Shown here one piece after another: positions 9,684 through 18,835 of a stretch of DNA of 64,000 bases; position 1 is the stretch's first letter; the number at the start of each line of letters is the position of its first letter. Origin of the DNA: Gemmatimonadaceae bacterium. Lineage in GTDB: Bacteria; Gemmatimonadota; Gemmatimonadetes; Gemmatimonadales; Gemmatimonadaceae. The DNA lies in the NCBI GenBank assembly GCA_045803545.1, contig JBJMOW010000005.1, forward strand, positions 1,248,001-1,312,000. Direction: 5' to 3'. The position numbers and the translations under genes were made by a program. The notes under the pieces are model-generated. The model was not told where the DNA came from. It made no database searches and saw only the letters and a program-made list of their open reading frames with translations.

Positions 9684-10963
9684 AATGCGCCGCGCATCAG
9701 TTTGCGCATTCCCGTTCGCTCGATCAGCGTGTTGATCTGAGCCGCTGCTTCATCCAACGCCTGTTTCGGCTCCGCCTGCCGAACCAGCGCACGGTGCACC
9801 TGGATCTGCAGAATCTCCGACAGCTCATTGTAGATCGGTGTCACCGGCCTTGGCGTCGCGCTCTCGATCGCTCGGCGTGCGCTCTCGAGGGGGATGTTGA
9901 TGGCGGTCCGCAATCGCGCGTCATCATAAAGTCCCGAACGGGTTGGGTATTGGCCGACCGCCTGCGCGCGCTCCAGCATCTGTTCGGGCGCGGTGAGGTA
10001 CGCGATCAACTTGTAGGCGGCGTCGGGGAATTCGGTGTAGGCGTTGATGGCGAGTTGTGCGCCACCGAGGGCAGCGGTGGAATGACCGTTCGGCGCGGTC
10101 GCCGATTTTGGCATCGGTGAGACCGCGAATTTGCCCAGGACTTTGGATTGGGCAGTGTCACTCATCGCGCCAACCGCGTAGGGCCAGTTGCGCATGAAGA
10201 CAGCGTTCGCGTTTTCAAATGCGAACCGCGCCTCCTCTTCATGCCAGGTGAGGACGTCGAGCGGGGCGACGTTCCACTTGTACAGCTCGTCGCGCATGAA
10301 CTCGAGCGCGCGCACAGCCTCAGGCCGGTTGACGACCACCTCTCCACTGTCGTCGATGATTCTTCCACCAAACGCACCCAGGTATTCCACGAATCCCGTG
10401 ATCAAGCCTTCATAACGCGCGCCCTGGGAGACAAGTCCATAGCGCGGCCCACCACGCTGCGACTTGGCCCGCTCTGCGTCAGTGACAAGCTCCTCGAGCG
10501 TCTGAGGCTCACGCGGAACGAGATCGGTGCGGCGGTAGAGCAGTCCGACGTCTGCAAACCACGGAAGCGCGTAGAGCTTTCCTGCCCATGTGTTGGCGGC
10601 GATTGTCGCCGGAAAGAACTCGCTTTTGGCCGGGCCATACTTTTCGAGCGGAAACACCCAACCGGCTGCGGCGAACTCCGGCGTCCAAACGACATCCAGT
10701 TGCAGGATGGACGGATTTCCAACGCGCGCATTGAGCCACTGGACGTACAGCTGATGGCGTTGCGACGCATCATCGGGCGTCCGTTGCAGCTCGACGCGGA
10801 TACCGGGATTGAGCTGCGTGAATCGTTTGAGCTGCTTCGCGACGAGCGTTCCCTCTGCTCCGAGCGCCGACCCCGAGAAGGTGAGAACCGTCTCGTGTTT
10901 TGTCGAGCTGGACGAGCAGGCGGCGACCGTCGCGCAGGCGAGCAGAGCCAGCGCCATGCGCAT
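9680..10963 (-). CDS. Sugar ABC transporter substrate-binding lipoprotein (trehalose/maltose-like)
   Basis: Lipobox VAAC; LDVVWTPEFAAAGW, YEGL, FMRNWPY, LGG motifs of trehalose/maltose-type binding proteins. Start could be the TTG at 10987. Confidence 0.88.
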   Translation of the reverse strand: MRMALALLACATVAACSSSSTKHETVLTFSGSALGAEGTLVAKQLKRFTQLNPGIRVELQRTPDDASQRHQLYVQWLNARVGNPSILQLDVVWTPEFAAAGWVFPLEKYGPAKSEFFPATIAANTWAGKLYALPWFADVGLLYRRTDLVPREPQTLEELVTDAERAKSQRGGPRYGLVSQGARYEGLITGFVEYLGAFGGRIIDDSGEVVVNRPEAVRALEFMRDELYKWNVAPLDVLTWHEEEARFAFENANAVFMRNWPYAVGAMSDTAQSKVLGKFAVSPMPKSATAPNGHSTAALGGAQLAINAYTEFPDAAYKLIAYLTAPEQMLERAQAVGQYPTRSGLYDDARLRTAINIPLESARRAIESATPRPVTPIYNELSEILQIQVHRALVRQAEPKQALDEAAAQINTLIERTGMRKLMRGAL

Positions 10964-10994
10964 CGCGATCGTGACCCGTGCGGGCAACGGGTTC

Positions 10995-13550
10995 CTAGAA
11001 CGGGTAGTGAAGCCGGGTGAGCATGAACTGCACAGCGAGATCAGTCACGTTCCACAGCTGGACATCGGTGCTCGCGCCATACCTGATGGGGCGCAGGCGG
11101 CCACCCTCGATCTCATAGCTCCACAATTCGTTGTGTTTTAGACCTGAACTGTCGACAGCCGAATAGACCTGCATCAACGCTCCCTTCATCTCATCAACAA
11201 AAAAGGTGACGTCTCCGTCCCCCGTGCCCTTTCTGGCCTCTCCCTGAGGGTCGGTGGCGCCGTTGATCTGATTGGTGAGTCCCAAAAGAATCAGATTCAC
11301 CTCTCTGCCCCACACCACGTGTGGAGAATGATAGGTGTCCTGCTTGAACGCCTCCCAAACCGAGTGCGGAGCATATGCATCGTTGGCGACAACCGGACCG
11401 AGCCGGTCGATAAACAACCCTACCGGATAGGGTCTCCTGATCGCCGCTACATCGCGCCGCACCGCCGCCAAAGCATCGGGACTGATGTCGCTGGCATCGC
11501 GCAGCAGAAGCCACGTTGCGGGATCAGTATTGACTACCTGAATCGGTATCCCCGCCGAATCGAGGGAGATGGCGAGGAACTTCAGCGCGGCGCTATCAGC
11601 ACGAGTTTTCGCTAATACATCGCCCCAGTAGGCGCGCTCGTCGGCCGGCAGCCACGCCAACTTCTGCTGAACCGCAGGACGGATTTGTTCGGGCGTGAGC
11701 GTCACCACGAAGTGGTTGACCGCGCCACTCCAGTTTTGAATCGCGCGACCGAGCGAGCTCGAGTCGCGCATGAAGTCGGTGAGCACGCTCCCGCCAAAAC
11801 CGCCGGGCAGGCGGGTCGACAGCTGCTGCGATGTGAAGCCGACGGTTCGCAGCGCCGCAAAAATCTCTGAGATCGAACGGAGCGCCTGCGGAACCCAGAT
11901 CGCATTGATGTCCATCGCGAAGCGGCCATTGGCATATCCGGCATTACTGTCGCGCCAACTGATCGATCGCCAATGGGTCGCATCAAGCCGCGGTGATGCG
12001 ATGAGATTCTGCACAACCGGCTCGCGCGCGTAAGGCGCTGCCAGCGTCGCAACAAGTCCGAGCTCTTTCAGCAGGAGATTGAGCCGTGGGCCTCTTCCGT
12101 CGGATGCGTCCATCAGGAACGCGCGCTTGCGCGCCGCTGTCACGGCCGGATTGGTGAGATAACGCGCGACGACGACAGGCAGCTGGAATTCATCGTCCCG
12201 CATGTGGTAGTTCTCACGCACGGTTTGCAGATTGCCAAGCAGTGCGCGGGCATTCCTTAGCGCGGTGTCGGCTGCGTTCGTGCTACGCCCGCGCAGTCGG
12301 AAATACTCGGCCATGTGCGCGTTGTATTCGGCGGAGTTCTCCCGGATCGCCTGTCCGCCAAGCGCTTCCTCGTGGCTGACGTCGCCCTCGGGCCCGAGCT
12401 TCCTCAGAGCGCTGGCGATGACGAACTCCGGCATGGCGTCGGTCCACACCGGCTGCATCATCAGCGACGTCATCATCATGTCGCGACCGAAATACGTTGC
12501 GTAGTTCGGCAAACCCGCCATCAGCTTTTGCTTGGAGCTCAGTAGTTCGGTACCCCTCACATCGCGCTCCAGCAGCCGGTAGCGCGAGACCGTTGCGGCA
12601 TCTCGTGCGACACGCGAATTCCTCGACACCTTGCCAGCGGCAACGCGAGCGTCATTCAGAAAGCGCAGGAACGGCGCGTTGAAGATCTGATCGCGTGAGA
12701 GCGGATCGAGCGCAGGCCCGTCGGTCGTAACGCGGACGGTGAGCCGGATCGAACGATTGGTGAGCGCGCGAATCTGAACGACGGGCAGGTTGACGACGAG
12801 CGACGCGTCTCGCGGATCCGGAAGAATCTCGAGCTGGAGGGTGTTCCTGCCATCGAGCGTCGTTTTCGTTGCGGTCACAGAGCGAGGGCCGAACGCACCG
12901 GTCGTGATGATGTCGGGCTCCAGTCGCGCACGCAGGTCAGACACGAAGCCGGCACCCACCATCCCAAGCTGTTTCTGTTTTTCCGCCGGGTCGAGCCGAT
13001 CCATGTTTGCGACGAGCTCTTCTTCCTCGCGTACGCGGAACGTCGGCCAATCGTAGCCTTCGAGCCCCCGCCCAGAATATCCGAGATCGCGTTCGACGCG
13101 CATCGATCCGAGGAGGATCCAGCCGATTTGTAACTGAGGGGAATTGGCGACGAGCTGATATTCAATGGTGCGATTGTCGCCGTTCTGCGAGACAACGGCG
13201 TCAGCGGACCCCCACTCGAGCCGAATGGGCTTTCCGCTGCCGTCGCGCACCGTGAAGCCGGCGCTTTCGTCGACAGCGTCGGCGAGCAGGTTCACGACTC
13301 GTCCGCTGCGCGCATCCAGGTATATCTGGACGACATTGCCCTTGGTGTCTCTATAGAATCGCGTCTGATAACCCTGATAGGCCGCGGGGTCATCGAGACC
13401 CGCCTCGGGGAATCCCAGGACGGGTTGTATGCGCGTCTGCGCCAGAACGGGCGCAGGGCAGAGTGAAACAATGGTCGCGGTAAAAAGGGCGGCGGCGGCC
13501 CCAAGGGGCGCCGACCGAGAGGCGGGACGGAGCATCTGCGGCATCGGCAA
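10995..13550 (-). CDS. Secreted protein with an (alpha/alpha)6 glycosidase / glycogen-debranching-like C-terminal domain
   Basis: Signal peptide; YFGRD, SHEE, WRDS, DINAIWVP motifs resemble amylo-alpha-1,6-glucosidase-like barrels; first gene of the sugar ABC operon. Confidence 0.6.
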   Translation of the reverse strand: MPMPQMLRPASRSAPLGAAAALFTATIVSLCPAPVLAQTRIQPVLGFPEAGLDDPAAYQGYQTRFYRDTKGNVVQIYLDARSGRVVNLLADAVDESAGFTVRDGSGKPIRLEWGSADAVVSQNGDNRTIEYQLVANSPQLQIGWILLGSMRVERDLGYSGRGLEGYDWPTFRVREEEELVANMDRLDPAEKQKQLGMVGAGFVSDLRARLEPDIITTGAFGPRSVTATKTTLDGRNTLQLEILPDPRDASLVVNLPVVQIRALTNRSIRLTVRVTTDGPALDPLSRDQIFNAPFLRFLNDARVAAGKVSRNSRVARDAATVSRYRLLERDVRGTELLSSKQKLMAGLPNYATYFGRDMMMTSLMMQPVWTDAMPEFVIASALRKLGPEGDVSHEEALGGQAIRENSAEYNAHMAEYFRLRGRSTNAADTALRNARALLGNLQTVRENYHMRDDEFQLPVVVARYLTNPAVTAARKRAFLMDASDGRGPRLNLLLKELGLVATLAAPYAREPVVQNLIASPRLDATHWRSISWRDSNAGYANGRFAMDINAIWVPQALRSISEIFAALRTVGFTSQQLSTRLPGGFGGSVLTDFMRDSSSLGRAIQNWSGAVNHFVVTLTPEQIRPAVQQKLAWLPADERAYWGDVLAKTRADSAALKFLAISLDSAGIPIQVVNTDPATWLLLRDASDISPDALAAVRRDVAAIRRPYPVGLFIDRLGPVVANDAYAPHSVWEAFKQDTYHSPHVVWGREVNLILLGLTNQINGATDPQGEARKGTGDGDVTFFVDEMKGALMQVYSAVDSSGLKHNELWSYEIEGGRLRPIRYGASTDVQLWNVTDLAVQFMLTRLHYPF

Positions 13551-13608
13551 TAATGTGGCACTGAGAAGGCGCTTGCGTCGAGGATGGGCGGCCGCTTACG
13601 GTTGGACG

Positions 13609-15441
13609 ATGACTACCACATCCCCTGCGCGGGATCTGCTCGAGAAAGCGAGTTCGGTGGGCTCGCTCGACCTGGCCCTGGTTGGCAATGGCACTTTGAG
13701 CGCCCTGATCGACGAGAATGCGTCTGTCGTCTGGTGCTGCCTGCCGCGCCTCGACGGCGACCCGGTCTTCTGCTCTCTGCTCGGCGGCGGCGAGGTCGGA
13801 AGTCGTGCCGGCGAGTTTGGAATCAAACTGAGGAACCTCATCCGGCGCGAGCAGCAGTATCTCGCCGACACGCCGATACTCGTGACCAGACTCTACGATG
13901 CGTTCGGCGGCGCCATCGAGATTACCGATTTCTGTCCGCGGTACGAAGAAGACGATGCTTTGCGCGTTGCGTCGCTACTGGTGAGACAGATTCGCCCGCT
14001 CGCAGGACGCCCGCAAATCGTGGCGATGGTTACGCCAGCCGCGAATTACGGATGCGACGTACGATCGGCTAGAGCAGTCGACGGCACAATTGTCTATGAC
14101 GGCGAGCCTGCAGTTCGCCTGATCACCGACGCGCCGGTAAGTGCGGTGACCAACGCCGAACCCCTGGTGGTGGATCGAACCCTGACGTTCGTCATCGGCA
14201 GCGAGACGATCGATGGCGATGCGAGCGAGATGGGCGCGAGAATGCTGGAGAAGACCACCGCCTATTGGCGGCGATGGGCAGGCCAGCTGAGCACGCCGAG
14301 TCAATGGCGTGACGCTGTCGTGAGAGCTGCGATGACTCTCGAGCTACATGTCTACCAGAGTACCGGCGCCATCATCGCCGCCACAACGACGTCGATTCCC
14401 GAAGCGCCGAACAGCGGCCGGAACTGGGACTACCGCTACTGCTGGCCGCGCGATGCGTATTTCACGATTGACGCCCTTTGTCGAGTGGGCGATGTCCGCG
14501 CAATCGAGCGCTATCTGACGTTCCTCCTTGGCGTCGCGGAACAATCAAGCGAGTCTCGATTGGTTCCGATCTACGACATCGACGGCGGTCCAATTCCAAT
14601 CGAGCACGTCGCAGATTGTCTGCCGGGCTATCGCGGGATGGGCCCGGTGAGAATCGGCAACAAGGCGAGCGAGCAGAACCAGAACGATTTGTACGGTGAA
14701 GCCGTGCTCACCGCCGAGCCACTGTTCACCCAGCCGCGTGCAAACCGAAAAGGCGACGAGTCGCTGTTCGGCCGACTCGAACAATTCGGCGAGCATGCCG
14801 CCCGTCTCTACGATCAGCCCGACGCGGGATTGTGGGAGCTGCGCGGCACTGGGCGTGTGCACACGTTCTCCAGCGTGATGTGCTGGGTGGCTTGCGATCG
14901 TCTCGGACGCTACGCGGAAGCGCTCGAGCTCAAAGATCGCGCTGGATACTGGCGCGCGCACGCAGCGCGCATTCACGACGAGATCTCGCGCCGCTCATGG
15001 AATGCGAAGCTCAATGCCTTCACCGCGACAATGGATGGCGACTCACTCGATGCCAGCTTGCTGCTGATGCCGAGGCTCCGCTTCGTCGACGCAAGCGATC
15101 CGCGCTTCGCGGGAACTGTCGCCGCGATCGAGCGCGATCTCAGACACGGCGATTTCATCTATCGATATGTCGAGCGCGATGACTTCGGATATCCGGAGAA
15201 TTCATTCCTCGTCTGCACCTTCTGGTACATCGAGGCGCTAGCGCGGATGGGAGGCGAACGACGAGACGAAGCGCGAAGGCTTTACGAGAAAGTTCTGTCG
15301 GCGCGAAATCGTCACGGCCTGCTTGCCGAAGATCTCGATCCGCGGACGCTCGAGCTGTGGGGGAATTTCCCGCAGACCTACTGCATGTCGGGAATCATCG
15401 AGTGTGCGATCCGTCTCTCGGAGGATGTCGGCGCGTCCTGA
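13609..15441 (+). CDS. Glycoside hydrolase family 15 (trehalase/glucoamylase-like)
   Basis: AATTTSIPE, RNWDYRYCWPRD, PVRIGN, DAGLWELRG, LLAED, GNFPQ. Confidence 0.93.
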   Translation: MTTTSPARDLLEKASSVGSLDLALVGNGTLSALIDENASVVWCCLPRLDGDPVFCSLLGGGEVGSRAGEFGIKLRNLIRREQQYLADTPILVTRLYDAFGGAIEITDFCPRYEEDDALRVASLLVRQIRPLAGRPQIVAMVTPAANYGCDVRSARAVDGTIVYDGEPAVRLITDAPVSAVTNAEPLVVDRTLTFVIGSETIDGDASEMGARMLEKTTAYWRRWAGQLSTPSQWRDAVVRAAMTLELHVYQSTGAIIAATTTSIPEAPNSGRNWDYRYCWPRDAYFTIDALCRVGDVRAIERYLTFLLGVAEQSSESRLVPIYDIDGGPIPIEHVADCLPGYRGMGPVRIGNKASEQNQNDLYGEAVLTAEPLFTQPRANRKGDESLFGRLEQFGEHAARLYDQPDAGLWELRGTGRVHTFSSVMCWVACDRLGRYAEALELKDRAGYWRAHAARIHDEISRRSWNAKLNAFTATMDGDSLDASLLLMPRLRFVDASDPRFAGTVAAIERDLRHGDFIYRYVERDDFGYPENSFLVCTFWYIEALARMGGERRDEARRLYEKVLSARNRHGLLAEDLDPRTLELWGNFPQTYCMSGIIECAIRLSEDVGAS

Positions 15442-15450
15442 GATGAAACT

Positions 15451-15555
15451 GCAACAGAACGGGATGCCGGTTGCCTGTTGCTGGTTACGGGTTTTCGGTT
15501 AACAACACCGACAACCGGCAACCATTAACACGCAACCCGCATCCCGTTCTGTTGC
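15451..15555. repeat. Palindrome with heptamer-periodic arms (family C) between convergent genes
   Basis: Perfect 17-bp IR GCAACAGAACGGGATGC/GCATCCCGTTCTGTTGC enclosing GCCGGTT GCCTGTT GCTGGTT ACGGGTT TTCGGTT and complementary AACC-type units. Confidence 0.85.
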
Positions 15556-15563
15556 TTTAAGTC

Positions 15564-17174
15564 TTACCTGAACACGATCCACAGCGCCCCAATCAGCGCT
15601 GCCAGCAACACCGATAGCGTGATCTGCAGCGAGCGCTCTCTTGGCGCCACAACGACCTCCGCGGATGGAGCGACAGTCTGAATCGTGAGATCGGCCACGC
15701 GCTCAGGCGGTGGCGGCAGTGTCATGACGCTCACCACGATCAGGATCAGGCTGCAGAGAACGAACAGCATTGCCGCGAAATGCAGGAAGTTGATGTCCGC
15801 GTACCAGTAAAGCGCCGATCCCTGCGTGAGATGGGACTTGTCCAGCTCGAGCACCAGTCGCGCGAACCCGAGGACGAAACCGGTCCACAGCGCAGCCAAT
15901 GCGCCATTTCCATTCAGCCTCGGGAACAACACACCGAGCAGGAAAACAGCAGCGATCGGTGGAGCAATGTAGGCCTGCACGCTTTGCAGGTAGATATACA
16001 GTTGCGGTGAGACGTACTTCATCATCGGAATCCACGCCAGGCCTACTCCGACGAGTACGACGGTCGTGATACGACCGACGAACACGAGCCGTGCTTCAGT
16101 CGCGTCAGGCCGCCACTTACGGTAGACGTCCCACGTCAACAATGTCGACACGGAGTTGAACGCGGACGCCAGCGAGCTCATTAGCGCGGCGAGCATTCCC
16201 GCCAGCACCAGTCCCTTGAAACCGATCGGGAGCAGACGCGTGACCAGAATTGGGTACGCGGAATCAGTCTGGCCGTTGCGCACATCCTGATAGAGCGCTG
16301 CCGCAATAATGCCTGGCAGCACGAAGATGAAAACGGGTAGGACCTTGAGGTAGCCGGCGAAGATGGTTCCGCGGCGGGCTTCCTGAATGTTCCGCGCCGC
16401 AAGCACGCGCTGCACGATGTGCTGATCGGTGCACCAATACCAGATGCCAAGGATGGGCGCGCCGAAGACGACACCCGTCCAGGGGAAATCCTTGTGGTGC
16501 ATCGGCTTCCACATGGAGAAGAAGTCGGGCGGCACCGCGGCGCGGAGACCCGACCAACCACCGACGGCATGAAGGCCGATGAACATCAACGTCACCGACC
16601 CGAGAATGAGCACCACCGCCTGCATCACCTCGGTGTAGATGACCGCGCGCAGGCCGCCGAAGATCGTGTAAAGACCGGTGATAACGATGAGGATTGCGGC
16701 ACTGGTCCAGAAGTCGAATCCAGTGACCGCGCGCATCACGATTCCACCAGCGAAAAGAGTTACGCTGATTTTCGTGAGCACGTAGCCGACGATCGATACC
16801 CACGTGAAGTAGGAGCGCGCTCCGGGATTGTACCGTCGCTCCAGGAATTCCGGCATGGTATAAACGGCACTTCGCAGATAGAACGGAACGAACAGCCAGC
16901 CGAGCAGGAGCAGGATGAAGCTGGCTAGCCACTCGAAGTGACCGACCGCTAATCCGCTCGCAGCACCAGTCCCCGCGAGACCGACGAGGTGCTCGCTACC
17001 GATGTTGGACGCAAACAGACTCGCTCCAACCGCGAGCCAACCCACATCTCGGCTGGCGAGGAAGAAGTCGGCAGATACGTTTTTCTCGCGCTTCGCAGCC
17101 CACCAGGCGATCGCCGCCAGTAGCAGGAAGTAGGCGGCAATGACGAGAATGTCGATGAAGCTCAGATTGCTCAT
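15564..17174 (-). CDS. Sodium:solute symporter (SGLT/SMIT-like sugar transporter)
   Basis: GASLFASNIGSEHLVGLAG, TMPEFLERRY, WYWCTDQHIVQR; many TM helices. Confidence 0.93.
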   Translation of the reverse strand: MSNLSFIDILVIAAYFLLLAAIAWWAAKREKNVSADFFLASRDVGWLAVGASLFASNIGSEHLVGLAGTGAASGLAVGHFEWLASFILLLLGWLFVPFYLRSAVYTMPEFLERRYNPGARSYFTWVSIVGYVLTKISVTLFAGGIVMRAVTGFDFWTSAAILIVITGLYTIFGGLRAVIYTEVMQAVVLILGSVTLMFIGLHAVGGWSGLRAAVPPDFFSMWKPMHHKDFPWTGVVFGAPILGIWYWCTDQHIVQRVLAARNIQEARRGTIFAGYLKVLPVFIFVLPGIIAAALYQDVRNGQTDSAYPILVTRLLPIGFKGLVLAGMLAALMSSLASAFNSVSTLLTWDVYRKWRPDATEARLVFVGRITTVVLVGVGLAWIPMMKYVSPQLYIYLQSVQAYIAPPIAAVFLLGVLFPRLNGNGALAALWTGFVLGFARLVLELDKSHLTQGSALYWYADINFLHFAAMLFVLCSLILIVVSVMTLPPPPERVADLTIQTVAPSAEVVVAPRERSLQITLSVLLAALIGALWIVFR

Positions 17175-17254
17175 GGCGTTCGGTCCGGGTAAAGGGGGTC
17201 CGAGCGGGGATCGGCAAATTTGAGGACTTTGGCGGGCAGGCGCTATCCGGGCGG

Positions 17255-17359
17255 ATTGAGGCGTTCGGACCAAGTGCCAGTCCGGAGTGCGGATTAATCG
17301 AGGGATTCGGACCCGCAATCGTCAATTGATCCGCGGTGAGCTGGTCCGAACGCCTCAAT
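17255..17359. repeat. Long hairpin in a divergent intergenic region
   Basis: Perfect 18-bp IR ATTGAGGCGTTCGGACCA/TGGTCCGAACGCCTCAAT plus inner GCGGATTAAT/ATTGATCCGC stem. Confidence 0.85.
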
Positions 17360-17411
17360 TTGACACTCGCGGGAGCCGATCAACACATTCTGCCATCAAC
17401 CGGAGAGCCCA

Positions 17412-18305
17412 ATGAATCGCAGAAAATTCCTGGCGGCCGCCGGAGCGGCTGGCGTTGGCGGAGCCTTGGTTCGTACCGCAGGCAGCGAGGAGCTGGAAGC
17501 TGGCATGCGAACGACGTTCACCAAAGTCGCCAAACCCGGCCGACTGAATCTCTCCGCCTCGCGCTGGCCGTGGGGAAAGTTCACCCTCGACGAGATGTGC
17601 AAGATGTGCCGAGAGCTCGGCATGCAAGGCGTCGATCTGCTGGAGCCCGAGGACTGGGAAGTGCCGCGACGGTACGGCCTGGTGTGCTCGATGGGATACG
17701 CGCCGGTCGCGCATCCGGAGAATCGGCTCACCGACGGATTCAATCGCGTCGAGAATCACGCCTGGCTGATCCCCGGCTACGAAAAAGCAATTCCTCTCGC
17801 CGCCGCGTCGAAAGTGCCGAACGTGATTTGCTTCCCGGGCAGTCGTCGTGGCCAGAGCGACGAGGAAGGATGGGCAAACTGCGCCAAGGGCCTTGCTCCG
17901 CTGGTATCGCTCGCAGAAAAGCACGGCGTCACGTTGTGCATGGAGCTGCTCAACTCGAAGGTCGACCATCCTGACTATCAGGCCGATCACACCGTTTGGG
18001 GCATCACGCTCGCGAAACGAATCAACTCACCGCGCTTCAAGCTCCTTTACGACATCTACCACATGCAGATCATGGAGGGCGATGTCATCCGCACGGTCCG
18101 CGACAATATCCAATACATCGGCCACTTTCACACCGGCGGCGTGCCGGGCCGTCACGAGATCGACGATACCCAGGAGCTCAACTATCACACCGTGATGAAA
18201 GCGATTGCAGACGCGGGGTTCAAAGGGTTCGTTGCGCAGGAATTCATGCCCACTAAAGATCCTCGTCAATCTCTGGCGGAAGCAATCGCGATCTGCACCG
18301 TTTGA
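17412..18305 (+). CDS. Hydroxypyruvate isomerase-like TIM barrel protein with Tat-like N terminus
   Basis: NRRKFL twin-arginine motif; MELLNSKVDH, LLYDIYHMQIMEGD, HFHTGGVPGRHE, QEF. Confidence 0.88.
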   Translation: MNRRKFLAAAGAAGVGGALVRTAGSEELEAGMRTTFTKVAKPGRLNLSASRWPWGKFTLDEMCKMCRELGMQGVDLLEPEDWEVPRRYGLVCSMGYAPVAHPENRLTDGFNRVENHAWLIPGYEKAIPLAAASKVPNVICFPGSRRGQSDEEGWANCAKGLAPLVSLAEKHGVTLCMELLNSKVDHPDYQADHTVWGITLAKRINSPRFKLLYDIYHMQIMEGDVIRTVRDNIQYIGHFHTGGVPGRHEIDDTQELNYHTVMKAIADAGFKGFVAQEFMPTKDPRQSLAEAIAICTV

Positions 18306-18309
18306 ACGT

Positions 18310-18438
18310 GACTGAGGCCCGAGGACTAAGTGCATCGATCATCGCGGACTAAGTGAGGAGCGATGACCAAAGCGCGCTTTGTCTGCAATCATCACTTAGT
18401 CAGCAATCATAGATGCCGTTAGTCGTCGGGCCTCAGTC
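18310..18438. repeat. Palindrome family B copy 1
   Basis: GACTGAGGCCCGAGGACTAAGTGCATC...GATGCCGTTAGTCGTCGGGCCTCAGTC; homologous to 34056-34189 and 51581-51728. Confidence 0.92.
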
Positions 18439-18534
18439 CGCACCTACTATAGTGAAGGTTCCCCAAACATCTGCGCGTTACTCAGTCGATACACTCGAGT
18501 TTGAGCCCTTTACCTGGAGATAATCGTCAATTGG

Positions 18535-18563
18535 TTGACGCATCCAACAAGCGTCAATAGGTT
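18535..18563 (+). promoter_or_regulatory. Candidate sigma70 promoter overlapped by an inverted repeat
   Basis: TTGACG-N17-TAGGTT; TTGACGC...GCGTCAA palindrome covers the -35 box and spacer. Confidence 0.6.
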
Positions 18564-18610
18564 GCAAGTGAGGGCGCAAGATCAACATTGCGCTCAACTT
18601 ACATACAGAC

Positions 18611-18712
18611 ATGACAATCCTTTTCGTACACACGCTCACCATAAAGATGCCGGACGGCGCAATTCAGAATTGCGGCGGCGAGGCTAGTGGCGCGCGATGG
18701 CGAAGAGGTTAA
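18611..18712 (+). CDS. Candidate 33-aa leader peptide (MTILFVHTLTIKMPDGAIQNCGGEASGARWRRG)
   Basis: Open frame between the promoter and a terminator; N terminus rich in Thr/Ile/Leu/Val, including A/T-ending codons (ACA, CTT, GTA, ATA). Confidence 0.55.
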   Translation: MTILFVHTLTIKMPDGAIQNCGGEASGARWRRG

Positions 18713-18731
18713 CAACACCCATGCTATCAGT

Positions 18732-18778
18732 AAGACGCCCCCGCCTCGTACCCATCGATGCGGGGGCGTCTTCGTTTT
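18732..18778 (+). terminator. Leader terminator (attenuator) upstream of the HAD gene
   Basis: 13-bp stem AAGACGCCCCCGC/GCGGGGGCGTCTT followed by CGTTTT, about 60 nt before the HAD start. Confidence 0.75.
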
Positions 18779-18835
18779 GGACACCGGACTGGCGCGCCGG
18801 TGACTAATTCACTCGAAAGCGCCAATGGAGGATTA

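Noticed and set aside
18540..18835. Cobalamin or other riboswitch upstream of the BtuF-like gene
   Set aside because: I could not find a B12 box or another recognisable aptamer core; a uORF attenuator explains the leader better. An Rfam scan is still needed.
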